Shown piece after piece: positions 27,979 to 38,100 of a stretch of 64,000 nucleotides of DNA. Position 1 is the first letter of the stretch. Every line of letters begins with the position of its first letter. Source of the DNA: Holophagales bacterium. Lineage in GTDB: Bacteria > Acidobacteriota > Thermoanaerobaculia > Multivoradales > Multivoraceae. The translations under genes were made by a program, and so were the position numbers. Location of the stretch: positions 14,065 to 78,064 of the forward strand of contig VXSP01000015.1 in the NCBI GenBank assembly GCA_009837885.1, in the 5' to 3' direction. The notes beneath the pieces are model-generated. The model ran no database searches, was not told the origin of the DNA, and saw nothing but the letters and a program-made list of their open reading frames with translations.

Positions 27979-28512
27979 ATGCACAAGTACCGAGCAACGA
28001 TTCCCCTGATCTTCGCGGCCCTCCTGGTCACGGCGCTCCCGGCCACGGCGCAGCGCGCTGACGATGCCGACCGGGCGAGCAAGAACGGCAAGGTCGAGGG
28101 AATGATCGACGGCGTCACCGTCACTCTCGAGTACGGACGCCCCAAGGTGAAGGGCCGGACGATCTGGGGCGGACTGGTTCCCTACGGCCAGGTCTGGCGC
28201 ACGGGCGCCGACGAGGCGACCACGATCACCTTCAGCGCTGACGTCGAGATCGGCGGTCAGAAGCTGGCCGCGGGCACCTATGCCCTCTTCACCGAGCCGG
28301 GCGAGAACGAATGGACCGTCATCTTCAACAAGGTCGCGCAGCAGTGGGGTTCCTTCCGGCACGACGCCGGCCAGGACGCGCTGCGAGTGACCGCCACCCC
28401 GAAGTCCATCGGACAGCACGTGGAGGAGATGGAGTTCGTGATCGTCGATTCGTGGGTCGCTCTCCAGTGGGAGCGGCTCGCGGTGCCGTTCGAGGTGAAG
28501 AAGGCGGGTTAG
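27979..28512 (+). CDS. Secreted DUF2911-like protein
   Basis: 177 aa with a signal peptide. The pattern GRPKVKGRTIWGGLVPYGQVWRTGADEATTITFS...GTYALFTEPGENEWTVIFNK is reminiscent of the DUF2911 family. The family assignment is from memory. Confidence 0.5.
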   Translation: MHKYRATIPLIFAALLVTALPATAQRADDADRASKNGKVEGMIDGVTVTLEYGRPKVKGRTIWGGLVPYGQVWRTGADEATTITFSADVEIGGQKLAAGTYALFTEPGENEWTVIFNKVAQQWGSFRHDAGQDALRVTATPKSIGQHVEEMEFVIVDSWVALQWERLAVPFEVKKAG

Positions 28513-28608
28513 CGCGGGAGAAGTCCAGAACTCGGCGCTACGCGCCCGCGAAGAACCCAGTTCCTGCCGCGCAGGCTCCCAGGGCGACCAACAGTCGAGG
28601 CAGTGCCT

Positions 28609-28986
28609 TCAGAAGGCGATCCGCCGGACACCGTCGACGGCGTCGAAGTGGGTGTCGTTGCTCAGCACCGGCAGGGCGTGCTGGCGGCAGAGAGCGGCGA
28701 TCCATGCGTCGTTCGATGGGATGGGCGTGCCGGTCCGTTTCAGCTTCAGTCTGATCTCGGCGTAGACCTCGGCCGTTCCTGAGGTTACGGTGGCTACTTC
28801 GGCGAGGGGCAGGTGACGGCGGAGCCAGCCTTCGTAGCGCCGTCGGTGCCGCGACTGACGGATGCCGAAGTAGTACTCGCCGAGGACGATACTCGGTACG
28901 ACCAGCCGCCGCGCCGAACGGAGAGGTGCTTCCACCGGCGCGAACCCCTCCGCCCACGCCGACAGCGCGTTCGTGTCGAGAATCAC
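28609..28986 (-). CDS. vapC: VapC PIN-domain toxin
   Basis: A GTG start overlaps the vapB stop by 4 bp (GTGA). ILDTNALSAW...SNDTHF carries the PIN acidic residues. Confidence 0.75.
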   Translation of the reverse strand: MILDTNALSAWAEGFAPVEAPLRSARRLVVPSIVLGEYYFGIRQSRHRRRYEGWLRRHLPLAEVATVTSGTAEVYAEIRLKLKRTGTPIPSNDAWIAALCRQHALPVLSNDTHFDAVDGVRRIAF

Positions 28987-29276
28987 GGAGCGTCGCCGGG
29001 GTCGAGCTTCTCGAACTCCTCCTCGATCGCCTGGAGGACGTTCCGGTGCTCGTCGCGGAGGTCGGCAAGTTCTCCGAATCCCTCCATCCAGGGAGGCTCC
29101 GGCGGTACGGGTGCGATCCCGTGGGGGTCGGCATTGGCTCGCGTACCGGCAGCATGTCGGCCGAGGTGCAGTTCGACGGCGTCCGTGAAGAACCGCTTCA
29201 GCGTCATTCCGCGGCCAGCGGCAAGGGCCTTCGCGCGGCGGAACGTGGTATCGGGCAGTTCGATGGTAGTCTTCAT
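28983..29276 (-). CDS. vapB: VapB antitoxin
   Basis: 97 aa: MKTTIELPDTTFRRAKALAAGRGMTLKRFFTDAVELHL. It sits immediately upstream of vapC and overlaps it. Confidence 0.75.
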   Translation of the reverse strand: MKTTIELPDTTFRRAKALAAGRGMTLKRFFTDAVELHLGRHAAGTRANADPHGIAPVPPEPPWMEGFGELADLRDEHRNVLQAIEEEFEKLDPGDAP

Positions 29277-29336
29277 GTCCCCATATTGCCATATTTACGG
29301 TACGAGTGGGCAAAGATCGAGCCAGGAGAAAGACGC

Positions 29337-30551
29337 ATGAAGCTCAGACAGAACGAGGCGCTCAAGGCGCGGGGCGAGCGGGTGCTCCCGGGCGGTATGT
29401 ACGGACACATGTCCACGTACCGCCTCCTGCCGCCCCGGTACCCGCAGTACTTCGAGCGCGCCGAGGGCTGCCGGCTATGGGACGCCGACGGCAACGAGTA
29501 CATCGACTTCATGTGCTCGTTCGGTCCGATGATCGCCGGCTACGGCAATCCGCGCATTCGGGCCGCCGCGGACGCGCAGCGCGACCGGCTCGACATCGCG
29601 AACGGTCCCCCGGCGCTCATCGTCGACCTGGCCGAGCGATTCGTGCGTCAGGTCAGCCACGCCGAGTGGGCCATCTTCGCGAAGAACGGCAACGACGCGA
29701 CGACCGTCTGCAACATGGTGGCTCGCGCGCGGGGCGAGAAGCGCAAGATCCTCGTGGCCGAGGGCGCGTACCACGGCGCGGCGCCGTGGGCCAACCGGAT
29801 GTCGAGGGGCACGCCCGCGGAGGATCATGTCCACTTCCCGACGTACCGCTACAACGACACAGGCAGCCTCGACGCGGCGGCCCAGGCGGCGACCGGCGAC
29901 CTCGCGGGCATCGTCGTCTCCGCCTTCAGGCACGACGCCGGCCACGACCAGGAGCTGCCCGATGTCGCCTTCGCCCGCCGCGTCCGCGAGATCTGCGACG
30001 CCGAGGGCGCGGCCCTCATCCTGGACGACGTGCGGGCCGGGCTGCGCCTGTCGCTCGACGCGAGCTGGTCCGAGTTCGGCGTCCAGCCGGATCTGTCGGC
30101 CTGGGGCAAGGCGATCGGCAACGGCGAACCCGTAGCCGCCATTCTCGGCAGCGAGGCGTACCGGGAGGCCGCGACGCGCGTCTTCGTCACGGGCTCGTTC
30201 TGGTACCAGGCCGCGCCCTTCGCCGCGGCGATCGAGACCCTCGACCTGCTGGCCGAAGTCGACGCGCCGGCCGTCGTGGAGCGGCTGGGGCAGCAGTTCC
30301 GGGACGGCCTGGAGGAGCAGGCGCGTCGCTACGGTCACCCGATCCGCCAGACCGGACCGCCGCAGATGCCGGCGGTCCTGTTCGAAGACGACGACAGGAG
30401 AGAGAAGGGGTTCGCCTTCTGCAGCGCGGCCCTCGACCACGGCGTCTACCTGCACCCCTGGCACAACATGTTCCTGTCGGTCGCCCACACGGAGGCCGAC
30501 ATCGAGCAGGCGCTCGCCGGGACGGAGAAGGCGTTCCAGGCGCTCGGCTGA
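29337..30551 (+). CDS. Class III aminotransferase (glutamate-1-semialdehyde 2,1-aminomutase-like)
   Basis: The start is at M138 of the tracked ORF, with an RBS AGGAGA. PLP-fold motifs include GNEYIDFMCSFGPMIAGYGNP, ILDDVRAG and SAWGKAIGNGEPVAAILG (the PLP-lysine region). Confidence 0.8.
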   Translation: MKLRQNEALKARGERVLPGGMYGHMSTYRLLPPRYPQYFERAEGCRLWDADGNEYIDFMCSFGPMIAGYGNPRIRAAADAQRDRLDIANGPPALIVDLAERFVRQVSHAEWAIFAKNGNDATTVCNMVARARGEKRKILVAEGAYHGAAPWANRMSRGTPAEDHVHFPTYRYNDTGSLDAAAQAATGDLAGIVVSAFRHDAGHDQELPDVAFARRVREICDAEGAALILDDVRAGLRLSLDASWSEFGVQPDLSAWGKAIGNGEPVAAILGSEAYREAATRVFVTGSFWYQAAPFAAAIETLDLLAEVDAPAVVERLGQQFRDGLEEQARRYGHPIRQTGPPQMPAVLFEDDDRREKGFAFCSAALDHGVYLHPWHNMFLSVAHTEADIEQALAGTEKAFQALG

Positions 30552-30566
30552 GCGCGCTCGGTCAGT

Positions 30567-31970
30567 TCACGCCTGCCCGGTGGCGATGATGTAAAGGCGG
30601 TCCGAGATGTCGCGGACCGTCGCCTCCATCTCCGGGTAGAACTCGCCGCGGGTGGTCATCAGACCCTGGTGCTGAGCCTGCTCCTTGCCGGGCATGGTCT
30701 TTGCGGTGTCGATCATCCCGCACATGTGCCAGCCGACGAAGTCGGGACGGGCGGTGGCGTTCTCCATGAACTCCCGCGTCCAGAGCGCTCGCTCCGCCAT
30801 GTCGCGCGCGTGCTGCCCATGCGGATTGGGCATGGTCTCGGTGGGCAAGGTGTAGGCGGCGTCGCCGTTGAGGAAGGGTTGCCCCACAGCGTCCGTCAGC
30901 CGATCCATCGTCTCGCGCTGACCCTCCCAGCGGGCATAGTGCTGCGTGTTGACAAGGTCGGTGTAGCGGCTGGTCACTGCGGCGATGGAGTGGAGCCCGT
31001 CCGTGTCGCCGTTGATCTTGTCGCCGAGGAAGAGGTGGTTCGGGTCGGCGCGGCGGAGAGCGGCCCTGGCGACGGAGTAGTAGCGCTCGACGCAGAGCAG
31101 CAGGAACGCCGCGTTGTCGCTGCGCTCCGCCTCGTTCGCGGGGGCTTGATCGGGTCGCCAGTTTCTCGCCTTGAGGAGATCCGGCCACGCGGTGAAGCTG
31201 GTGCCGTATGTGGCGTTGAAACCGGACACGTCGCCGTAGCGCTCGCGCATGCAGTCGACGTAGGCCTGCTTGCCGGGCGCGTCGGCGGCGAAGTTGCGTA
31301 GCCGGCGGGGCCACGTCGTGCTGCCGTTCCATACCGCTTCGTTGTCGGTCAGGGGTGGACAGTCGGCCATGCAGTAGCCCAGCACCATGGGATCGTCGCG
31401 GTAGGGCGCGGCGACTTGCCGGGCCGTGCGCTCGCACTGCGCCTCGAACGCCGGGGCGAAGACGTCCGCGTAGGCATCGGGCTGGGGCTTGAGATAGTGG
31501 GACAACACAAGCGGCTCGTAGGGCGCGACGAAGGGAAACCGGGCCTGGCCCGGCGGGTGGGTGAGCATCGTGGCGTTCGTGTGAATGCCCAGGGTGTTCA
31601 GGCCCAGCCTCCGCAGGTCGGCCAGGGCGGCCTCGCGGAAGCCCCTGTTCCAGGCCCGGTCGTACACATCCTCCGCGCGGAATCGCCGCAGCCAGAGATC
31701 GCGGTTGTAGTCCTGCGCCCACCAGTTCGCGTGGTAGTGGTTGACGCCCCAACTGATGAACGCGTGGCCTTCGGGAGTGACCAGCCACCATCGTCGTCCG
31801 TCGTGCTCGGTGCGAAAGAAGCCGGTGGCGTCGAACTTCAGTCCGGTCCAGCCACCGAAGCGATCGCGACCGCCGGCTATTCGCGCGGCCCAGGTCGGCC
31901 CTCCAAGGTAGGCGCCGAACCCGATCAGAGCCGACTTGAGCAAGTCGCGTCGGGCAATGGAGAGAGGCAC
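30567..31970 (-). CDS. TAT-secreted hydrolase-like protein (probable glycoside hydrolase; family not identified)
   Basis: 467 aa from a GTG start 14 bp after the symporter stop, preceded by an AAGGA RBS. A twin-arginine signal is present (SIARRDLLKSALIGFGA). The composition is TIM-barrel-like (FISWGVNHYHANWW...). It is hidden inside a 1592-aa artefactual ORF in the track. Confidence 0.5.
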   Translation of the reverse strand: MPLSIARRDLLKSALIGFGAYLGGPTWAARIAGGRDRFGGWTGLKFDATGFFRTEHDGRRWWLVTPEGHAFISWGVNHYHANWWAQDYNRDLWLRRFRAEDVYDRAWNRGFREAALADLRRLGLNTLGIHTNATMLTHPPGQARFPFVAPYEPLVLSHYLKPQPDAYADVFAPAFEAQCERTARQVAAPYRDDPMVLGYCMADCPPLTDNEAVWNGSTTWPRRLRNFAADAPGKQAYVDCMRERYGDVSGFNATYGTSFTAWPDLLKARNWRPDQAPANEAERSDNAAFLLLCVERYYSVARAALRRADPNHLFLGDKINGDTDGLHSIAAVTSRYTDLVNTQHYARWEGQRETMDRLTDAVGQPFLNGDAAYTLPTETMPNPHGQHARDMAERALWTREFMENATARPDFVGWHMCGMIDTAKTMPGKEQAQHQGLMTTRGEFYPEMEATVRDISDRLYIIATGQA

Positions 31971-31984
31971 GGCGTCCTTTGGCC

Positions 31985-33625
31985 CTACCGGACGAGCACG
32001 TACATCACCACCAGCGCCACGGCCAGCAACCCCGCCAGCAGCCGCGGGTCGCGGACTCCCGTGATCTCCGACCGGGCCAGGAACGCGTACGGCTTGTCCC
32101 AGGTCAGGCCGTCGATCTGCTCGGGCTTCGGCGGCGGGGTCGCCAGGCTGACTCCCACGTAGATGAGACTCAGGATGCAGAAGTACCACCACGCTTGCAG
32201 CAGGAACGGGATCCCCAGGCCGTTCACCGGGTCGGAGACGTACTGGACGCCGCCGAGGAATCCGAAACCCATGTCGAACAGGAAGATGATGAAGCCGGCG
32301 ACGAAGCCGAAGAGCAGGGTGAACGTGCCGGCTTGACGTGTTCCGCGCCGCCAGAAGACGCCCCAGAGGAGCACCGTCGCGATGGGAGGGGCGATGAACT
32401 GCGCCGGCAGCTTGTTGATCGCCTCGAAGATGGAGCCGAACCGCTCGCCCTGGGTGGACCAGGCGATGGCGACGCTCATGACGACGACCGAACTGATGCG
32501 TCCGATGCGCACCTGCGACGTCTCGGACAGGTCGGGCCGGAAGTGCTTGGCGATGTCGACGGCGACCAGGGTTCCGGTGCTGTTCACCGCGGCCGCGATC
32601 GTGCTCATCAGCGCCGCGAGCAGCGCCGCCGCCATGATGCCGATGAGCCCGGTCGGCAGCAGCTCGGTGATCAGCGTCGGCAGGGCGTCCGTCGGCTCGG
32701 TGATGATGTCCTTGAACAGCACGTAGGCGAACACGCCCGGCAGGACCATGAAGAGCGGCGGCAGGAACTTGAGCAGGGAGGCGAAGAGCGCGCCGTGCTG
32801 CGCGTCGCGCAGGGTCCCCGCGCCCAGCACCCGCTGAACGATCGTCTGGTCGGTGCACCAGTACCAGATGCCGAGGATGGGGAAGCCCAGCAGGAAGCCG
32901 TACCAGATCGAGCCGGGATCGAAGCCCTCTTCCCCGGGAAGATGAATCATGCTGAGCTGGTTCGGCTTCGTCGCCTCGAGGAGATCGCCATAGGAGTCGA
33001 TCCCCACGCCAGGCAGCCTGGTCATCGCGATGATCGTGATCAGGATGGCGCCGCCGAGCAGGATGACGGTCTGGATCGTCTCGGTGACGACGACCGCCCG
33101 GAGGCCCCCGACCACGGTGTAGATCACCGTGATGATCGAGATCATCGCGATCGACGCAAAGGACGGGATGCCGAAGAACCGCTCGAACACGGCGGCGCCG
33201 GCGTAGAGGCTGATGCCGATGTGGATCAGCATCGCCGACATGATGAACATGAAGGAGAGCGTCGTCCGGGCGGTCGGGCTGTAGCGCCGCTCCATGAACT
33301 CGGGCAGCGTCGTGATCCGGCTCTTGAAGTAGATCGGCACGAAGACGAGGCTGAGCAGGATGATCGTGAAGGACGCCATCCACTCGTAGTTGCCGACGAC
33401 CATGCCGACGCCGAAGCCGCTCTCGGCGAGCCCGACCAGGTGAATCGTCGAGATGTTCGAGGCGAACAGCGCGGCCCCCACCACGGGCCACTTCAGGTTG
33501 CGGCTCGCCAGGAAGTACGACTCGCTGGTCTGCCGCTTGATCTTGCGCACCGACCACAGGCCGACGAACAGGATGCCCAGCAGGTAGACGACGATGATGA
33601 AGAGATCGACGAGCGCGATGGTCAT
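31985..33625 (-). CDS. Sodium:solute symporter family (SSF) transporter
   Basis: 546 aa, ~13 TM. SSF hallmarks include GRISSVVVMSVAIAW and the N-terminal YFLASRNLKWPVVGAALFASNIS. Confidence 0.9.
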   Translation of the reverse strand: MTIALVDLFIIVVYLLGILFVGLWSVRKIKRQTSESYFLASRNLKWPVVGAALFASNISTIHLVGLAESGFGVGMVVGNYEWMASFTIILLSLVFVPIYFKSRITTLPEFMERRYSPTARTTLSFMFIMSAMLIHIGISLYAGAAVFERFFGIPSFASIAMISIITVIYTVVGGLRAVVVTETIQTVILLGGAILITIIAMTRLPGVGIDSYGDLLEATKPNQLSMIHLPGEEGFDPGSIWYGFLLGFPILGIWYWCTDQTIVQRVLGAGTLRDAQHGALFASLLKFLPPLFMVLPGVFAYVLFKDIITEPTDALPTLITELLPTGLIGIMAAALLAALMSTIAAAVNSTGTLVAVDIAKHFRPDLSETSQVRIGRISSVVVMSVAIAWSTQGERFGSIFEAINKLPAQFIAPPIATVLLWGVFWRRGTRQAGTFTLLFGFVAGFIIFLFDMGFGFLGGVQYVSDPVNGLGIPFLLQAWWYFCILSLIYVGVSLATPPPKPEQIDGLTWDKPYAFLARSEITGVRDPRLLAGLLAVALVVMYVLVR

Positions 33626-33667
33626 GGGAACAGGTTAGGAGACTCGACGATCGCGGTAGAACGTCCG

Positions 33668-33719
33668 GAAGCCGGCGCTTCGCGCCGGATGCCGGCGGGG
33701 ACGCCGGCGCACCCAGTGT
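33668..33719 (+). repeat. REP-like double-hairpin repeat (full copy) abutting the DUF1501 stop codon
   Basis: GAAGCCGGCGCTTCGCGCCGGATGCCGGCGGGGACGCCGGCGCACCCAGTGTC. Its 3' end provides the complement of the TGA stop of the DUF1501 gene. Confidence 0.85.
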
Positions 33720-35146
33720 CAGACGATGATGTCGTCTACGACGATCCCCTCGACGTCGGTCAACCGGAAGTCGCGCCCCTGCGAGCGGTACGTCAACTGC
33801 TCGTGGTCGAGACCGAGCAGATGCAGGATCGTGGCGTGCAGGTCGTGGATGTGGACCTTGTCCTCGATCGCGTAGTAGCCGTAGTCGTCCGTCCGGCCGT
33901 GGCTGTGGCCGGGCTTCACGCCGCCGCCGGCCATGAACATCGTGTAGCCGTGGGGGTTGTGGTCGCGGCCGTTGCGGGCGCCGGCTTCGGCGCCGGGGGT
34001 CCGTCCGAACTCGCCGCCCCAGAGGACCAGGGTCTCGTCCAGCAGTCCCCGTGACTTCAGGTCCTTGATCAGGCCGGCCACCGGGCGGTCGACCTCGGCG
34101 CAACTCTGCGGCAGGCCGGTGATCAGGCCCGAGTGGTGGTCCCACTTCGTGTCCGGGCCGTGGGTCGCCTGCACGAAGCGCACGCCGGACTCCGAGAAGC
34201 GGCGGGCCAGCAGACAGCGGAGGCCGAAGTTGCGGGCCACCGGGTCGTCGAGTCCGTAGAGCCGCCTGGTCGCGTCGGACTCGCCCTCGATGCTCATCAG
34301 TTCGGGCGCCTCGGTCTGCATGCGGAAAGCGAGCTCGAACGACTCGATGCGGCCCTCGAGCGCCTGGTCGGGCCCGGTCTGCTCGAGCTGGCGGCGCTGC
34401 CAGCGCTGCAGCAGGTCGAGTTCGCTTCGCTGGACCTCCGGCGACACCGATTCGTTGTCGAGGAAGTCGATCGTCGCGTCCTCCGTCTTCATCCGGGTCG
34501 TGCCGATCGCCGTGCCGTTGTAGGCGGCGGGCAGGAAGGCGGACGAGTAGTTCTGGACGCCGCCGTGCTGGTACGAGGGGCAGATCGTGATGAAGCCGGG
34601 CAGGTTCTCGTTCTCGGTGCCCAATCCGTAGGCGATCCACGAGCCCATCGACGGTCGCACGAAGCGGTCGCTGCCCGTGTTCATCGCCAGGATGGCGCCG
34701 CCGTGGGCGGCGTTCGTGCCCCACATCGAGCGGATGAAGCAGAGATCGTCGACCACGGAGGCGATGTTGGGCAGAAGCTCGCTCACCCAGGCGCCCGACT
34801 GGCCGTGCTGCCTGAACTCCCAGGGGCTCTTGAACAGGTTGCCGGTCTCGTTGAACTGGACTCGCGGCTTGGCGAAGGGCAGCGGCTTGTTGTCGTCGCG
34901 AATGAGGAGCGGCTTGTACTCGAACAGGTCGTGCTGCGACGGCCCGCCGTGCATGTGCAGGAAGATGATCCGCTTGGCCTTCGGCGCGAAGTGCGGCGCC
35001 CTGGGCGCGAGCGGGTTCGTGGATGTCGCGGCCAGGAGGTCGCGCTGCAGCAGGGACGAGAGCGCCAGGCCGCCGAAGCCGCAGCCGCAGGTCTTCAGCA
35101 TCTGCCGGCGGGTCAGGGGTGGCGGCTGGTAGTGGGGGTAGCGCAT
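33719..35146 (-). CDS. DUF1501 family protein (sulfatase-like fold; partner of PSD1 proteins)
   Basis: 475 aa. A TAT-like signal is present (LTRRQMLKTCGCGFGGLALSSLL). The body is conserved DUF1501 (HMHGGPSQHDLFEYKP...WGGEFGRTP...DHNPHGYTMFMAGGG). It starts 23 bp after the PSD1 gene. Confidence 0.85.
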   Translation of the reverse strand: MRYPHYQPPPLTRRQMLKTCGCGFGGLALSSLLQRDLLAATSTNPLAPRAPHFAPKAKRIIFLHMHGGPSQHDLFEYKPLLIRDDNKPLPFAKPRVQFNETGNLFKSPWEFRQHGQSGAWVSELLPNIASVVDDLCFIRSMWGTNAAHGGAILAMNTGSDRFVRPSMGSWIAYGLGTENENLPGFITICPSYQHGGVQNYSSAFLPAAYNGTAIGTTRMKTEDATIDFLDNESVSPEVQRSELDLLQRWQRRQLEQTGPDQALEGRIESFELAFRMQTEAPELMSIEGESDATRRLYGLDDPVARNFGLRCLLARRFSESGVRFVQATHGPDTKWDHHSGLITGLPQSCAEVDRPVAGLIKDLKSRGLLDETLVLWGGEFGRTPGAEAGARNGRDHNPHGYTMFMAGGGVKPGHSHGRTDDYGYYAIEDKVHIHDLHATILHLLGLDHEQLTYRSQGRDFRLTDVEGIVVDDIIV

Positions 35147-35169
35147 CGTTCGTGAGCTGACGTTGGAAC

Positions 35170-38100
35170 CTAGTTGATGTAGATGAACTCGCTGGCCGCG
35201 AGGATGACGTGGGAGAGCCGGGTCCAGGCGTAGAGTTCGGCGTCCGCGGAGGCATGGTCGCCGCTTCGCGGCGCGTTCCCCTCGGAAGCCGGCGAGGACG
35301 CCGGCGCACCCAGTGTGCGGCCACCCAGTGTGCGGCCGCTTCCACGGGCGCACCCGGTGTCCGACGCGCAGCTCCGCATCTCGTCGAGGAAGGCGAGGCT
35401 GTCGGCGATCTCGATGTCGTCGGCCGGGCGCCCGTAGGCGCGGACGAAGGCGGTATCGATGCGATCCGCGGCGTCGGCGTCCTCGATCTCCAGAAGTTGC
35501 TTTGCGAAGCCGAGCGCCGCCTCCTGGACGAACGGGCTGTTCATCATCAGAAGCGCCTGCCGCGGCACGACCGTCTCGGATCGATCGCCGACCGAGTCGC
35601 TGGCGTCGCCGAAGTCGAAGCCGCCGAAGATCGGATAGACAGCGGTACGCACGATCGGCATGTAGATCGAACGCCGCGGCGCGTCGTAGATGTCGACCCG
35701 GTCGAGTGGGCCGTACTCGCCGAAGACGTATCCCCGGGCGTTGTACTCTTCCACCCGTCCACCGATCGTCAGGTCGAGCCGGCCGGCGAGCTGCAGCAGG
35801 GCGTCGCGAATCGGCTCGACCTCGAGGCGTCTCCGGTTGTTGCGCCAGAGGAGGCGGTTCTCCTCGTCGACGGCCGCGTTCGCCGCGTCGTAGTCGCTCG
35901 ACAACCGGTACGTGCTGGACAGCATGATGTCGCGGTGGAGCTTCTTGAGCGACCAGCCGCCCTCGACGAAGCGGCGTGTGAGCCAGTCGAGAAGCTCGGG
36001 ATGCGTGGGTTTGCTGCCGATCACGCCGAAGTTGCTCGGCGTGTCGACGATGCCGCGGCCGAAGTGCCAGTGCCAGACGCGGTTGACGATGACGCGCGCG
36101 GTGAGCGGGTGCTCGGGGTGGGTGATCCAGCGGGCGAGCTCGAGCCGTCCGCTCGTGTCGCCGGCGACTGGCGGCGGCGGCACCAGGTGGTCCGTGACCT
36201 TCAGGAAGCCGCGCGGCTCCGGTTCGTCGGCCAGGTTCAGGTGGCTGCCCCGGATGTGTACCGGCAGGTCGACGGCCGCGGTCTCGTCCACTGCCATGGC
36301 GTGGGGCGGCGCGGGGGGTGAGGCTTCCTCCAGGCGTTCGACTTCGGCGCGCAGCTCCGTGAGCTGCTCCAGGGCCTCCTGCGGGTAGAGCTTCTCCTCC
36401 TCTTCCTGGTCGAGGCAGAGGATGCAGAAGTAGCCGTCGTAGACCAGCCATCGCAGCTCCTCCTGCTCGCGCGGCAGCCTGAAGTCCGAGGGTGAGAGTT
36501 CGTCCTCGTCCTTGAGCCCGAGTCGCATGAGGTGCTCTTCCCAGGCGATCTCGATGGTCGCGAACAGGCTCGCGTACCGCCAGGCGACTTCCTCGAGCGT
36601 CTTCGGCGCCGGCCCGCGGACTAGGCTCCGGGTCAGAGGCGCCGTCAGCACCTTCTCCGAGGCGATGATCGCCCGCAGCTCCTCGGTCACCTGTTCGTAG
36701 CGATCAGGAGAGGCGGCGGCGTAGGCGTTCCAGATCACGAAGACGGTGCTCGGGCTCGGGGCGTCCCCTTCGACCGGCGGGCCCTCCCGGTACCGGTAGA
36801 AGGCCCTGACCCAGCGTTCAAGAACGGCCGGCTCCAGCCCCCTGTTCCCGGCGACGCGGGCGATGGCGAGCGAGCCCGCCGAAGGGGGCTTGGCTGCCCC
36901 AGCGTCCCCATGGGGAGACGAGCCCTCGGATGCGCGTGCTCGTACCGCCTCGTCGTTGCTCCAGCTCGGGTAGGCCTCCTCCGCGGCGAGCAGGTACTCG
37001 GCGAGGGCCGCGCGGCGGGGGCCACGCAGGACGTCGTTCTGCTCGCGGACCACCCCGTCGACCTTCTCCTGCGCCTCGGCGACCAGCCTCTGCGCCGCCT
37101 CGTACGCGGCGATCTCGTCTTCCGGGGCCAGTGGCCGCTCCAACCAGCGCATGCCGGCGGCGTCGCTCATCGTCTCGGTCGAGCGCAGGATGCCGGCCAT
37201 CGCGTAGTAGTCGGCGGTGGGGATCGGATCGAACTTGTGGTCGTGGCAGCGGGCGCAGCCGACCGGCAGGGCGAGAAAGGCGCGGCCCAGGGTGTTGACC
37301 TGCTCGTCGACGATGTCGATCAGCATCTTGTCGACGTCCTGCTCGGCGAGCACCTTGGGGCCCAGCATCAGAAAGCCGGTGGCGGTGATCTGCTCGAAGC
37401 GCTGCGCGTCGGTCTCCGCCGGCATCAGATCGCCGGCGATCTGCTCGCGGACGAAGCGGTTGAAGGGCTTGTCGCGGTTCAGGGAATCGACGACGTAGTC
37501 GCGGTAGCGGAAGGCGTTGGGGAACGCGATGTTCTCGTCCAGGCCGTTCGAGTCGGCGTAGCGGGCGACGTCGAGCCAGTGGCGGCCCCAGCGTTCGCCG
37601 TAGTGGGGCGATGCGAGCAGCCGATCGACGACCTTCGCGAAGGCATCCGGGCTCTCGTCGGCGAGGAAGTCCTCGATCTCCGCTTCCGACGGGGCCAGGC
37701 CGATCAGATCGAAGGTCGCGCGTCTCAGCAGCGTGCGCTTGTCGGCTGGCGCCACCGGCGCGAGGCCGCGTTCCTCGAGGCGCGAGAGGATGAAGCGATC
37801 GAGGTCACGGCTGACCCAGGCCTCGTTCTCGACTTCGGGCAGCGCGGGGTCTTCGACCCGCCGGAAGGCCCAGTGCTCGCGGCCCGGGCCGTAGTCGAAC
37901 GCCTCGGCGGCTCTCGTGGCGACCACCGTCTGCTCCCCGCCGGTACGCGGGTCGGGCGCGCCGCGGCGGATCCACTGCTCGAAGTCGGCGATGACGTGCG
38001 CCGCCAGCTTGCCGTCCGGCGGCATCTGGGTGAGGCCTTCGTAGTGGAGCGCCTCGATCATCAGGCTGTCCTCGGGCGACCCCGGGACGATCACGGCGCC

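Noticed and set aside
30567-35345. 1592-aa ORF on the minus strand spanning four real genes
   Set aside because: Arg/Pro-rich low-complexity translation typical of off-frame ORFs in high-GC DNA. The real genes (hydrolase-like, SSF symporter, DUF1501) are in other frames with clear motifs. Only its C-terminal 467 aa (30567-31970) are genuine.
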